In this document: positions 11,035 through 21,161 of the stretch, in pieces
Numbering within the stretch: the first letter of the stretch is position 1
Layout: every line of letters starts with the position of its first letter
Source: an uncultured Acidimicrobiia bacterium
GTDB lineage: Bacteria; Actinomycetota; Acidimicrobiia; Spongiisociales; JAENVV01
Direction: 5' to 3'
Length of the DNA: 64,000 bases
Assembly (NCBI GenBank): GCA_963835515.1
Contig: CAWIFX010000005.1
Span: 5,321 to 69,320, forward strand
Program-made: the position numbers and the translations under genes
Notes under the pieces: generated by a model
What the model was told of the DNA's origin: nothing
Database searches by the model: none
Seen by the model: only the letters and a program-made list of their open reading frames with translations

Positions 11035-12472
11035 GTGCTGGTGGCAGACAATCTCAAGCTCTATTTGGCCGGTGAGTGGGTCGAGGGGACGAGCGGCGAA
11101 CACTACGAACTCATGTCCCCGGTCACGGGCGAACACCTCGCCAACGTGCCCGTCGCCAGCCAGGCCGACATCGACCGAGCCGTGCTGGCCGCACGCCAGG
11201 CTCAGGACGAGTACCGGCACTGGTCGGCATTCGAGCGGGCGGATTTATGCTTGCGGGTCGCCGCCGAAATTGAACCGCTCATCAGCGAGATCGCCCGGAT
11301 CCAAACGCTGGAGCAAGGCAAGCCCTATCACTCTGAGTCTCTAGAAGACATAACCGAGGCCAATCAGTATTTCTACAACGCCGCCGAGGATGTCAAGCGG
11401 TTGATGGGCGACGTCATACCGACTTCGTCTCGTACCAAGCGGATGTTTACGTTCCGTCGACCGGTCGGGGTGTGGGCAGCCATTACGCCATGGAACTTCC
11501 CTGTGACCATCCCGCTTGAGTACATCGGACCCGGGTTGGCCACCGGTAACGCAGTCATCACCAAACCGCCGTTCCACACTTCGTGGGGCTTGTTGAAACT
11601 TGCGGAGGCGTTCGACGCCGCCGGGGTTCCCAAGGGACTCCTGTCGATCATTCCTGGTGCCGGGGCCATTGGCGAAGCCCTCGTTACCCATGACGGCGTC
11701 GACGCGATTGGATTCACCGGGTCGTCAGAGACCGGCCGCAAGATCATTTCGCAAATGGGCATTAAGCGCTCGATCATGGAGATGTCAGGCAACGGTCCAA
11801 CGATCGTGACCGCTGACGCCGACGTGGCGGCGGCAGCCGAAGCTGCGGTCTACGGGACCTACTACAACGCCGGCCAGGTGTGCTGTGCGACGGAGCGAGT
11901 GATCGTTGTCGACGAAGTGCACGATGAGTTCGTTGCCGCCAGTCTGGAGGCAGCCAAACTGGTGAAGCTCGGGGATCCGTTTGATGAAACCACCAACATG
12001 GGTCCCCTCAACAATGAGCCGACCGCCGCCAAAATGGACCGGCATATTGCTGACGCTCGCTCGCGGCGGCGGAGAAATTCTCGTCGGCGGTGGTCGAGCC
12101 AGTGGCTTCCCGACCGATCTGTATTACGAGTTCACCATGATCGACCGGGTGCCTGAATCCAGCGACGTTTCAAAGGAGGAGTCGTTCGGTCCGGTTATGC
12201 CGATTTTGTCGGCGAGCTCCGACGAAGAGGCTGTGGCGCTCGCCAATCGATCGAATCTCGGACTCCAGGCCGCCGTGTTTACCAACTCGCTGCAGAAGGC
12301 TTTTTGGTATGCCGACCGGATCCGCTCCGGCACGGTGGTGGTCAACGATTCAACAGACTTCTGGGAAACCTTCCAACCGTTTGGTGGAGCCGCCGGCACT
12401 GACACTGGCTGGGGACGAGGGTCGATTGAAGAATTCACCGATCTTCAGACGCTTGTCATTGACATCGGCTGA
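11035..12472 (+). CDS. NAD(P)-dependent aldehyde dehydrogenase, apparent frameshift near 12067
   Basis: ITPWNFP, FTGS, EMSGNGP, catalytic GQVCCA, EESFGPV, PFGG; the two ORFs join after removing one base. Confidence 0.9.
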
Positions 12473-12491
12473 ATTCTCGGAACGAGACTCG

Positions 12492-14129
12492 CTATGACTC
12501 GTGTCGGTAGAACCCGGCCTCGGATGGGGGTAACGGATCGTTGCCGAGGATCAAGTCCGCGGCTTTTTCCGCCAGCATCATGACCGGCGCATAGATGTTG
12601 CCGTTGGTGACATAGGGCATCACGGATGCATCGACGACGCGTACGCCTTCCACGCCTCTGACCTTCATGGTGAGCGGATCGACAACGGCGTCTGGTCCGG
12701 TTCCCATCTTCGCTGTGCCGCACGGATGGAGCGCGGTTTCGGCGTCGTGTCGGACCCACTCGAGAATCTCCTCGTCGGTTGATACGGTGGGTCCTGGGGA
12801 TAGCTCGCCGCCGTTGAATGGGTCAAAGGCAGGCTGGGTCAAAATGGAGCGGGCGGCACGAACTGCCTCTTTCCACTCGCGTCGATCCTGGTCGGTGGAT
12901 AGGTAGTTGAACCGCAAGGCTGGTTTGTCTTTGGGGTCGGTTGATTTGATCTTCACCGACCCGCGCGGATCAGAAAACATGGGTCCGATGTGGACTTGGT
13001 AGCCGTGTCCCTTGGTCGGCACCGTTCCGTCATATCGGATCGCGATCGGCAGGAAGTGGAACATGAGGTTCGGCCACTCGACCTCGTCGTTCGAGCGGAT
13101 GAAGCCGCCCGCCTCGAAGTGGTTAGATGCCGCCGCCCCTTTGCGCCGGAACAGCCAGTCAAAGCCAATCTTGGGGCGACGCCACCAGTCAAGGGCCGGG
13201 GACATAGAAACGGGTTGGGTGCAGGCGTACTGGATGTAGACCTCCAGATGGTCCTGCAAGTTCTCGCCAACCCCGGGTACGTCGGCAACAACCGGTATCC
13301 CCAACTCCTCCAGGTCGGCCGGGTTCCCGATCCCGGACAGTTGCAGGAGTTGCGGCGTATTGATGGACCCCGCTGAGCAAATAACTTCCCGGGCTGCCAC
13401 GAAGTGTTGTCTCCCGGCCTTCGTGTATTCGACGCCAACGGCGGTCGTACCCTCGAAACGGATCTTCGTGGTCATGGCCCTCGTGATGATGGTCAAGTTG
13501 GGTCGATTCATCACCGGGTGCAGATAGGCTCGGGCGGCCGACAGCCGGCGCCCCTTGTGAATGTTGCGATCAAACTTGGCGAAGCCTTCCTGTCGGTATC
13601 CGTTGACGTCATCCGTCAGTGGATACCCGGCCTGAACCGCCGCTTCGAGAAAGGCACCGAACAGGGGGTTAACTGCCGGGCCGCGTTCCATCGCAAGAGG
13701 TCCCTCGTCGCCGCGCCAGTCATCGCCACCGGCCAGACAGTTCTCCATTCGTTTGAAATAGGGAAGGCAGTGGGAGTAGTCCCAACTCTCCATGCCAGGG
13801 TCGGCCGCCCATCGCTCGTAGTCCATGGCGTTGCCGCGTTGAAAGATCATCCCGTTGATGCTGCTCGACCCGCCCAGCACCTTGCCCCGGGCGTGGTAGA
13901 CGCGGCGGCCGCCCATTTCCGGCTCGGGTTCGGACTCGTATTTCCAGTCATATAGGCGGTTGCCGATCGGGATCGAGAAGGCTCCCGGCATGTGAATGAA
14001 GATGTCCCACTTGCGATCGGGGCGCCCGGCTTCGAGCACCAGCACCTGATGGTTGGGGTTGGCGCTCAGTCGATTGGCCAGTGCCGACCCGGCCGAACCG
14101 CCGCCGACGATCACATAGTCATAGGCCAT
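12492..14129 (-). CDS. betA: Choline dehydrogenase (GMC oxidoreductase)
   Basis: [81 protein letters not shown]. Confidence 0.9.
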   Translation of the reverse strand: MAYDYVIVGGGSAGSALANRLSANPNHQVLVLEAGRPDRKWDIFIHMPGAFSIPIGNRLYDWKYESEPEPEMGGRRVYHARGKVLGGSSSINGMIFQRGNAMDYERWAADPGMESWDYSHCLPYFKRMENCLAGGDDWRGDEGPLAMERGPAVNPLFGAFLEAAVQAGYPLTDDVNGYRQEGFAKFDRNIHKGRRLSAARAYLHPVMNRPNLTIITRAMTTKIRFEGTTAVGVEYTKAGRQHFVAAREVICSAGSINTPQLLQLSGIGNPADLEELGIPVVADVPGVGENLQDHLEVYIQYACTQPVSMSPALDWWRRPKIGFDWLFRRKGAAASNHFEAGGFIRSNDEVEWPNLMFHFLPIAIRYDGTVPTKGHGYQVHIGPMFSDPRGSVKIKSTDPKDKPALRFNYLSTDQDRREWKEAVRAARSILTQPAFDPFNGGELSPGPTVSTDEEILEWVRHDAETALHPCGTAKMGTGPDAVVDPLTMKVRGVEGVRVVDASVMPYVTNGNIYAPVMMLAEKAADLILGNDPLPPSEAGFYRHES

Positions 14130-14287
14130 AGTCCCTCCGGCTTCGCACGACGCCATGTCCATCGGCAGGTAGAGCGTTCGCTGATCGTTGATCGGCCATC
14201 ACGAGGAGAAGGTTGGGGCGTTCCATCGGGTCGAGACATTACCAACTTGTGAGTCTGCGGCCTCAACGACCAGCCGATGCAATCCAA

Positions 14288-14491
14288 CTAGTCGGTGCGC
14301 TTTCGAGGGACAACGACAGTCCCACACGAGTCACATCGGAAGGCATCCGCGCTGTGGTTGAAGAAACCGGTGGTGATCGGTATTCCACCGAGGTCCCCGC
14401 TGATTCCCCGCCGGACTTTGAACTTCACTCCGGGCGACCGTCCTAGGATTGACCCTTCGGTCATATCGGTGGAGCACATTGGACATTGCAT
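14288..14491 (-). CDS. Small zinc-ribbon protein (67 aa)
   Basis: MQCPMCSTDMTEG...AFRCDSCGTVVV: two CxxC pairs; fills an intergenic gap. Confidence 0.65.
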   Translation of the reverse strand: MQCPMCSTDMTEGSILGRSPGVKFKVRRGISGDLGGIPITTGFFNHSADAFRCDSCGTVVVPRKRTD

Positions 14492-14546
14492 TCGGTAATC
14501 GTGGCATATCGCCGGGCCTGAGCAAAACGTCTGGCGGTCAGGTGAC

Positions 14547-15269
14547 ATGATCGTATCTGGCGGGCAAGCGACGTTCGACGTCGACGCCATTGTCTTCGAC
14601 AAAGATGGCACGCTGATCGACCTCGACAGTACGTGGTTTGGAATCACCGAGGCTTGGATCGAGGCGGTCGCAGCCGACCCGGGCGAAACCGAGCTTCTGA
14701 AGCTGTCGCTTGGCCTCGACAACCGGGGGTTCCTGGTGCCGGGTGGCGTGGCCGCTACTGGTACCTTCCGGGAGATCGAGCACGCGACCAGGCACACCCT
14801 GGCTGCCAACACGTCAACTATCGACGACCGGCTCGAAGCAGCTCGTGAGATCGTCGCCCGGGCGATCCCTAACTTGCCGGTCCATCCAATCGGCGACGTT
14901 CGCACCACGATGCGCCGGTTGACCGCGCACGGGCTGGTTCTCTGTGTGGCTTCGAGCGACGACGAAGCAACGATTGTGCGGCACCTCGACCAGCTGCAGA
15001 TCGCAGAATTTGTCTCGGCGCTGATCGGGGGAGACGGACCGGTTACGCCCAAGCCTCATCCAGCCAGCTTGTGGTACCTCAGCGAGCGGGTAGATATCGC
15101 GACGGAAAGAATGCTGATGGTTGGCGACTCATTTACCGATCTTGGCGCAGCCCGGGGCGCCGGGGCGGCTGGGATCCTGGCGGTCGCGCCTCGTCACCAT
15201 CCGAGTCCGATCGAAGAGCTATCCGACGGACTCATTGGTTCAATTCAAGAAATTGTCGTAACCGGCTGA
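14547..15269 (+). CDS. HAD family hydrolase (phosphoglycolate phosphatase-like)
   Basis: FDKDGTL, KPHP, MVGDSFTD. Confidence 0.9.
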   Translation: MIVSGGQATFDVDAIVFDKDGTLIDLDSTWFGITEAWIEAVAADPGETELLKLSLGLDNRGFLVPGGVAATGTFREIEHATRHTLAANTSTIDDRLEAAREIVARAIPNLPVHPIGDVRTTMRRLTAHGLVLCVASSDDEATIVRHLDQLQIAEFVSALIGGDGPVTPKPHPASLWYLSERVDIATERMLMVGDSFTDLGAARGAGAAGILAVAPRHHPSPIEELSDGLIGSIQEIVVTG

Positions 15270-15862
15270 GCGGTTACGGCTCCTGAGGTTGCATCGCGTA
15301 TCGCGTCCACGAACTCGATGGCCGATCCGGCCCGGACCGCTGCGACCACACGAACGACTTCTCCGTAATCAGACTCGACGATTGACGCTTCAAAGCTGGT
15401 CAGCACCTGCGTGATTGGCGACGATAGGCCGTAGGGATACGCGAGTTCCCATTCGCTCAGGATCGGTCGGCTCACCATGGTGGCGGCTTCGAGCACCGCT
15501 GCCGCAGCACCGCCATACGCCCGGATCAGGCCACCAGTTCCCAGGTTGGTTCCGCCGTAATACCGGGTGACGACGACAACGATGTCGTGGAGATCGGCTC
15601 CCTGAATCCTGCGCAGAATGGGTGGCCCGGCCGTCCCACCCGGTTCGCCATCATCGGAGCTTCGCTCCCGCCCGTCACTCAGCCGATACGCCCAGCAGTG
15701 GTGAGTCGCCCCCGGTTCTTGGTGCTTGATGGAATCCACCAAAGCCAGGCACTCTGGCTCGTTTGTCGCCGGTGCGGCATCGGCGATAAACCGAGATCCA
15801 TTGATCTTGTCGATCTCGTGACGAGTCGGCCGTTCGATCGTCAGGATTTCGTCGTTATTCAT
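15245..15862 (-). CDS. YigZ/IMPACT family protein
   Basis: GSRFIA, ATHHCWAYR, SDDGEPGGTAG, VTRYYGGTNLGTGGLIRAY. Confidence 0.92.
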   Translation of the reverse strand: MNNDEILTIERPTRHEIDKINGSRFIADAAPATNEPECLALVDSIKHQEPGATHHCWAYRLSDGRERSSDDGEPGGTAGPPILRRIQGADLHDIVVVVTRYYGGTNLGTGGLIRAYGGAAAAVLEAATMVSRPILSEWELAYPYGLSSPITQVLTSFEASIVESDYGEVVRVVAAVRAGSAIEFVDAIRDATSGAVTAQPVTTIS

Positions 15863-15946
15863 CTGGTGGAACGTTAGCGATGGGTGCGGTTCCCACCGAC
15901 CGAGGGAGGTGCTTCGTCTATGTTGGTGCACAGCGAGGAGGGCTAC

Positions 15947-16438
15947 ATGGTCAAGTTTTCCGACGGCCCGGAGATCGAAGTCGTCGTCGATATTGCTGCG
16001 CCACCTGAACGGGTTTGGGAGCTTATCTCTGACATCAATCTGCCGGCACGGTTTCAGAGCGAGTTCAAGCGTGCCGATTGGGTCACCGAGGGGCCAGCTC
16101 TCGGAGCTGAGTTCACGGGCTACAACGAACGTAAGGGTTTTGAGTGGGACACCACATCGTGGCTTGTTGAGTACGAACCGTTGAAGTCGTTCGGGTGGGC
16201 GGTGTCCGATCCGGTGAACCCGGGAGCAACCTGGACGTATCGGTTGTCAGAAACTGCCGACGGCACCAGGTTGATCTTTCATCGACGGCTCGGTCCTGGC
16301 CCCAGTGGGATCACCTCCATCATTGGCAGGCATCCCGAAGACGAGGAAGCGATCATCGCGGCACGTGACGCCGAGCAGACTCTCAACATGCAAAGTGTCG
16401 TCGACGGGATCAAAGACCTCGCCGAAGCGTTGGATTGA
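15947..16438 (+). CDS. SRPBCC/polyketide cyclase-like protein
   Basis: IAAPPERVWELISD, WTYRL...GTRL; GAGGAGG Shine-Dalgarno. Confidence 0.85.
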   Translation: MVKFSDGPEIEVVVDIAAPPERVWELISDINLPARFQSEFKRADWVTEGPALGAEFTGYNERKGFEWDTTSWLVEYEPLKSFGWAVSDPVNPGATWTYRLSETADGTRLIFHRRLGPGPSGITSIIGRHPEDEEAIIAARDAEQTLNMQSVVDGIKDLAEALD

Positions 16439-16445
16439 CCGAGCG

Positions 16446-17873
16446 CTAAGCGTTCGCCCCGAAGATTGACTTGACCTCGAGGAACTCCTCGAAGCCATGC
16501 TCGCCCCACTCGCGGCCATTGCCGGACTGTTTGTAGCCGCCGAACGGTGCATTCGGGTCGCCAAGCGCTCCGTTCACGTGAACCATTCCGGTCCGGATCT
16601 GGCGGGCAACTCTGCGAGCCCGGTCCTGGTCGCCCGACGACACATAGCCGGACAACCCGTACTGGGTGTCGTTCGCAATGCGAATCGCATCAGCTTCGTC
16701 TTGGTAGCCGATGATGGATACGACCGGGCCAAAGATCTCCTCGCGAGCAATGGTCATGTCGTTCGTGACGTTGGCGAACACGGTTGGCTTGATGAAGTAG
16801 CCGCGCTCATGGCCTTCGGCACGGCCCGTGCCACCCGTTACGAGTTCGGCGCCTTCGTCGATGCCCATCTCGATCAGGGCCTGGATTTTGTTGTACTGCG
16901 ACTCAGAAACGACCGGACCGATCGTCGTGGCTTCGTGGCCGGGATGGCCGACGACGATGTTTTCTGCGGCGGCTTTTGCGTAACCGGCTGCTTCGGCCAT
17001 CCGGGCCTGTGGCACGAGGATCCTCGTACCGGCATTGCACGACTGGCCCGAGTTGCGGCACATACCTTTAACATCACGGGCGATGACAGCTTCCAGGTCG
17101 GCGTCGTCAAGGACGATGTTGGCCGACTTTCCCCCGAGTTCCTGGGCGACCCGCTTGACGGTCGGAGCCGCGTTCTTGGCGACTTCGATGCCGGCGCGGG
17201 TGGAACCAGTAAAGGAGACCATGTCGACCTCAGGATGCGAGGAGAGTGGAACTCCGACGTTGATTCCGTCGCCCTGTATGAGGTTGAAGACCCCGGCTGG
17301 CACTCCGGCCTCGTCGAGGATCTCGGCGAAGATGATGGCGTTCAACGGAGCGAGTTCCGAAGGTTTCAAGACCATCGTGCATCCTGCCGCCAGGGCCGGT
17401 GCGACCTTGGTCGCGATCTGGTTGAGCGGCCAGTTCCACGGGGTGATCAATGCGCAGACTCCGACGGGTTCCTTGACGACGAGGGTCGTGCCGATCTCCT
17501 CTTCGAACTCATAACTCTCGAGTACCCGGCGCACGGTCTTGAAGTGGTTCAAACCAGACGGCACCTGAGCCCGCGATGAAAGGGAAAACGGTGCGCCCAT
17601 CTCGTCGCTGACCGCCGAAATGAGGTCATCCATCCGGGTCTTGTAGACCGAAATGATTGAATCGAGGAGCTCCATGCGCTCCTCCCGGGTTGTTTCGCCG
17701 TAGGTTGCGAAGGCAGCTCTGGCTGCGTTGACCGCCGCGTCAACGTCGGCCGGTCCGCCCATCGCGATGGTGGTTAGGACCTCTTCGGTCGCGGGGTTGA
17801 TGACTTCGAGGGTTGCCGTGGTTGAGGGTGCCACCCACTGGCCATTGATGTAAAACTCGTGTTTGTGCTGCAT
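16446..17873 (-). CDS. Aldehyde dehydrogenase
   Basis: ITPWNWP, LKPSE, FTGSTRAG, ELGGKS, NSGQSC, EEIFGPV, PFGGYKQSG. Confidence 0.95.
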   Translation of the reverse strand: MQHKHEFYINGQWVAPSTTATLEVINPATEEVLTTIAMGGPADVDAAVNAARAAFATYGETTREERMELLDSIISVYKTRMDDLISAVSDEMGAPFSLSSRAQVPSGLNHFKTVRRVLESYEFEEEIGTTLVVKEPVGVCALITPWNWPLNQIATKVAPALAAGCTMVLKPSELAPLNAIIFAEILDEAGVPAGVFNLIQGDGINVGVPLSSHPEVDMVSFTGSTRAGIEVAKNAAPTVKRVAQELGGKSANIVLDDADLEAVIARDVKGMCRNSGQSCNAGTRILVPQARMAEAAGYAKAAAENIVVGHPGHEATTIGPVVSESQYNKIQALIEMGIDEGAELVTGGTGRAEGHERGYFIKPTVFANVTNDMTIAREEIFGPVVSIIGYQDEADAIRIANDTQYGLSGYVSSGDQDRARRVARQIRTGMVHVNGALGDPNAPFGGYKQSGNGREWGEHGFEEFLEVKSIFGANA

Positions 17874-17946
17874 CCCAGGAATCGTAGCGTCTACTTACCG
17901 GTTCAGTTCCCCCCGATTTCCAGCGGCGACCGTTGCAGGAGGCGGG

Positions 17947-18273
17947 TTACTTCTTGTTGGCGTTGGCTACCGCGACCGCACGTCGAGCCCACGACAGGAG
18001 TTCGGCAGGGTCACTCAGTACCCCGTCGGGGACCAACCAGTAAGGCATGCCGTGCTTATGTGATCCGGCGGCCTCGAAGATCGCATCGGTGGTCTCATCC
18101 GAGCGCAGAAAGACGGCGCCCTGTGTGTCGATGATCGTGAACATCACGCCGTCGCAGAATATCCCGACCCCTCCGAACATGCTCTTTGACGTCACGTTGC
18201 CAAGGGGAGTCCACTCCTCGCTGAGTAGTTCGGCCACTTCAGTTGGCGTTCCAGCGATTCGCATTGCAATCAC
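17947..18273 (-). CDS. TfoX/Sxy N-terminal domain protein
   Basis: KSMFGGVGIFCDGVMF, MPYWLVP, LLSWARRA. Confidence 0.85.
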   Translation of the reverse strand: MIAMRIAGTPTEVAELLSEEWTPLGNVTSKSMFGGVGIFCDGVMFTIIDTQGAVFLRSDETTDAIFEAAGSHKHGMPYWLVPDGVLSDPAELLSWARRAVAVANANKK

Positions 18274-19094
18274 TCTACGGTTTTGCGATAGGACCGCACC
18301 GCGAATGGTGCCGCCACGGCCACGATCCCGATTATCCAGGCCAGAGAGAGAAGCACTAGTGATCCGATGGTGGCGCCGCTGGCGGCAAGATGGGGTTCAC
18401 CGGCGATGTAGGCGTCGCCGAGGATCAGCGCTCGTGCGGTGTTGGCGAGAACCGTCACCGGCTGGTTTTCAGCAAACGAGGCGAGCCACGACGGCATGGT
18501 CGACGTCGGTACGAAGACTGAACTGGCAAAGACCAACGGAAAGATCGGCAGAAAGCCGGCCGTTTGCGCAGCTTCCGGCGTCTTCACCTTCAGCCCGACC
18601 CAGGCCATGACCCACGACATCGAGTATCCGAAACCGAGGGCGAGCACGATGGCCAGCACCAGAGAGAAAAACCCGTTGAGAGGTCGAAACCCGATCAGGT
18701 ACCCGACTGCGGTCATGAGACTGATGACGAATGCCGCTCGACCGACGTCGGCGAACGTCCGCCCGGCCAACACCGCCGACCGTGCCATCGGCAGTGACCG
18801 GAAGCGGTCGATAACCCCGGCCTGGAGGTCTTCCGTAAGGCCGACGGCGGTCGCCGTGGCTGCAAACACGACGTTCTGGACGATGATCCCGGGTAGCAAG
18901 TAGTTGATGTAGTCACCGAAAATCGGAGGAATAGATCGGGCGATTGAGCCGCCGAACACGTAGTTGAACAACAGGAGGAACATGACGGGCTGAACCGTTG
19001 AAAACAACAACAGTTGCGGGAGTCGGATGTTCCGGAGGAGGTTACGGCGGGTGATGATTCCAACGTGGCTGGCGGTTTGCGTCAGGGTGGTCAT
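18270..19094 (-). CDS. ABC-2 exporter permease (DrrB-like)
   Basis: QPVMFLLLFNYVFGG, GVIDRFRSLPMAR, FASSVFVP...MPSWL...NQPVT. Confidence 0.93.
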   Translation of the reverse strand: MTTLTQTASHVGIITRRNLLRNIRLPQLLLFSTVQPVMFLLLFNYVFGGSIARSIPPIFGDYINYLLPGIIVQNVVFAATATAVGLTEDLQAGVIDRFRSLPMARSAVLAGRTFADVGRAAFVISLMTAVGYLIGFRPLNGFFSLVLAIVLALGFGYSMSWVMAWVGLKVKTPEAAQTAGFLPIFPLVFASSVFVPTSTMPSWLASFAENQPVTVLANTARALILGDAYIAGEPHLAASGATIGSLVLLSLAWIIGIVAVAAPFAVRSYRKTVE

Positions 19095-20074
19095 CGTGAC
19101 CTCCTGCCTTTCTGCTTTTCAGGAACGGGAGTTTCTTCGGTTGCCTTGCCCGTCAACGTCAAGAAGACGTCGTCAAGGGTCGGTCGACGGAGCGCAATAT
19201 CGTGGACTTCAATTCCCGAATCGTCGAGAACTCGGACGGCTTCCAGCAGGGAAGTGGCGGCTTTTGGTGCCGGGATGGTGACGGTCTTGCGGGCCGTATT
19301 GATGATCGGTTCAGCAATGGAGCCCCTGCGGAGGGCATCGGCCACGGAGGCGAGTTCGTCGCCGGTGTGGATTTCGATCACGTCGCCACCGACCTGCGTC
19401 TTGAGCTCGTCGGCCGTGCCTTCGGCGATCAGCTTGCCATGATCAATAACCCCGATCCGGGTGGCGAGGCGGTCGGCCTCTTCAAGGTACTGGGTGGTCA
19501 GCAGCAACGTGGTTCCGTCGGCCACAAGTTCGTTGATGATCTCCCACAGACCAAGCCGCGACCGCGGGTCGATGCCAGTGGTTGGTTCGTCGAGGAACAG
19601 AACCTCGGGACGGCCGACGATGGAGGCGGCCAGGTCGAGGCGTCGCTTCATGCCACCCGAGTAGGTCGTGACTTGCCGGTCGGCAGCGTCGGTGAGGTTG
19701 ATCCTTTCCAAAACGTCGTCAGCCCGCTCTTTCGCCTGCTTCTTTGACAGGTTGTAGAGCCGCCCGACCATGATCAGGTTCTCGCGTCCGGTTTGGTAGC
19801 CGTCGACCGCGGCGTTCTGGCCCGCCAGTCCGATCTTCTCACGGGCGCCTTTGGCGTCCTTGATGACGTCAATCCCTGCCACATACGCCGATCCGGAGTC
19901 GGGTTTGAGCAGGGTTGTCAGTACTCGAATGAGCGTGGTCTTGCCCGCCCCGTTCGGTCCGAGCAGTCCGTAGATGATGCCTCGCTCGAACGAAACGGAA
20001 ATGTCGTCGAGTGCTTTGACCGTGCCACCGAACGTGTGAACGATGTTCTCGGCTTGGACGATGATGTCTGTCAT
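19091..20074 (-). CDS. ABC exporter ATP-binding protein (DrrA-like)
   Basis: GPNGAGKTT, YSGGMKRRLDLA, FLDEPTTG, TTQYLEEAD, RRPTLDDVFL. Confidence 0.95.
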   Translation of the reverse strand: MTDIIVQAENIVHTFGGTVKALDDISVSFERGIIYGLLGPNGAGKTTLIRVLTTLLKPDSGSAYVAGIDVIKDAKGAREKIGLAGQNAAVDGYQTGRENLIMVGRLYNLSKKQAKERADDVLERINLTDAADRQVTTYSGGMKRRLDLAASIVGRPEVLFLDEPTTGIDPRSRLGLWEIINELVADGTTLLLTTQYLEEADRLATRIGVIDHGKLIAEGTADELKTQVGGDVIEIHTGDELASVADALRRGSIAEPIINTARKTVTIPAPKAATSLLEAVRVLDDSGIEVHDIALRRPTLDDVFLTLTGKATEETPVPEKQKGRRSR

Positions 20075-20148
20075 AGCTTCTCCCTGAGGCAGCATGTTGC
20101 GGCCAAGATCGTGAAGTTTACGACGACGTGTCGTTAACCCTCAATTGG

Positions 20149-20463
20149 CTAGAACAGGGCGTTAAAGGTCCACAACATGGCTAGGCCGGCGACCATCGTT
20201 AGTGAAAGGCTTTTCGTTCGATAGCCGACGAGGCCGGCGATGACTGCGGCATAGATCCGATGGTTGTCGAAGGCGATGGCGTAGCTGCCATCTACGAGTA
20301 GGACCGCGGGTAGGGCGATCGCCGGAAAGACGGCCGCGGGTACGAATCGAAGCGCTCGCTGCAACGCCGGAGGAATGCTGCCAGGACCAAGCAGGGCCAG
20401 GAAGGAGCCGCGCAGGAGAATGGTCCCGATTCCGATGGCGATCACGAGCAACCACGGGTTCAT
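20149..20463 (-). CDS. azlD: AzlD family branched-chain amino acid exporter subunit
   Basis: MNPWLLVIAIGIGTILLRGSF...RALRFVPAAVFPA; ATG overlaps the AzlC stop. Confidence 0.85.
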   Translation of the reverse strand: MNPWLLVIAIGIGTILLRGSFLALLGPGSIPPALQRALRFVPAAVFPAIALPAVLLVDGSYAIAFDNHRIYAAVIAGLVGYRTKSLSLTMVAGLAMLWTFNALF

Positions 20464-21161
20464 GTCGGGCGATCCACGACTACGCCTACGGTGATGCCGA
20501 CCGCCGCCGCGACCAACAAGCCGAGGTTGAATGGCAGCGTCGCTGCCGCGATAGCCGTAAACCCTGAGGCAGCGGCCGCCGCATAAGTAGCCCGATCGAC
20601 GAGGGCGGGAAACGTCAAGCCAATGAAGATAAGTGGCGCTGCGAACGTGAGCCCCCATGAAGCCGGAACGCCGGCACCGATGACGGCGCCGGCCGCAGTT
20701 GCCGTCATCCAAACCATCCAGAGAGTCACGCCGATGGCCGCCGAGTACCACTGGAGCTGCGGGTGGTCCTCGCCATCACTCGACCGGGTAACGGTTAGCG
20801 CGAACAGCTGGTCGACCATTAGATATGACAGAAACCATCGCCACGCTCTCGGTAGATGGCCGAGCGGTTTCACAAGCGTCGCGGAGTACATGACATGGCG
20901 AGCGTTGATCACGAGGGTGGTCCCGATGATGGTGGGCCAGGCCGCCCCGGCACCCAGCAGGGTCATAGATGCGATTTGGGCTGCCCCGGCGAAGATGAGA
21001 CCAGACGAGGCGATAGCGAGACTCGTCGACACACCGGCACCAACCGCGGCTACCCCGACCACGAACCCAAACGGAGTGACGGCGAGGAGCAACGGGAGCG
21101 TGTCGATGAGGCCCGAACGAATCTCTTGTCGACGGGTTGGCTGGGGACTCGACGGAGTCAC
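20460..21161 (-). CDS. azlC: AzlC family permease
   Basis: FAGAAQIA, VINARHVMYS, LMVDQLFA; GTGA overlap with the upstream gene. Confidence 0.88.
   Translation of the reverse strand: MTPSSPQPTRRQEIRSGLIDTLPLLLAVTPFGFVVGVAAVGAGVSTSLAIASSGLIFAGAAQIASMTLLGAGAAWPTIIGTTLVINARHVMYSATLVKPLGHLPRAWRWFLSYLMVDQLFALTVTRSSDGEDHPQLQWYSAAIGVTLWMVWMTATAAGAVIGAGVPASWGLTFAAPLIFIGLTFPALVDRATYAAAAASGFTAIAAATLPFNLGLLVAAAVGITVGVVVDRPT

Noticed and set aside
16497-17579. Long alternative-frame ORFs (e.g. 523-1764, 16497-17579, 24809-25597, 61813-62658)
   Set aside because: They are antisense shadows of well-supported genes, expected at high GC.
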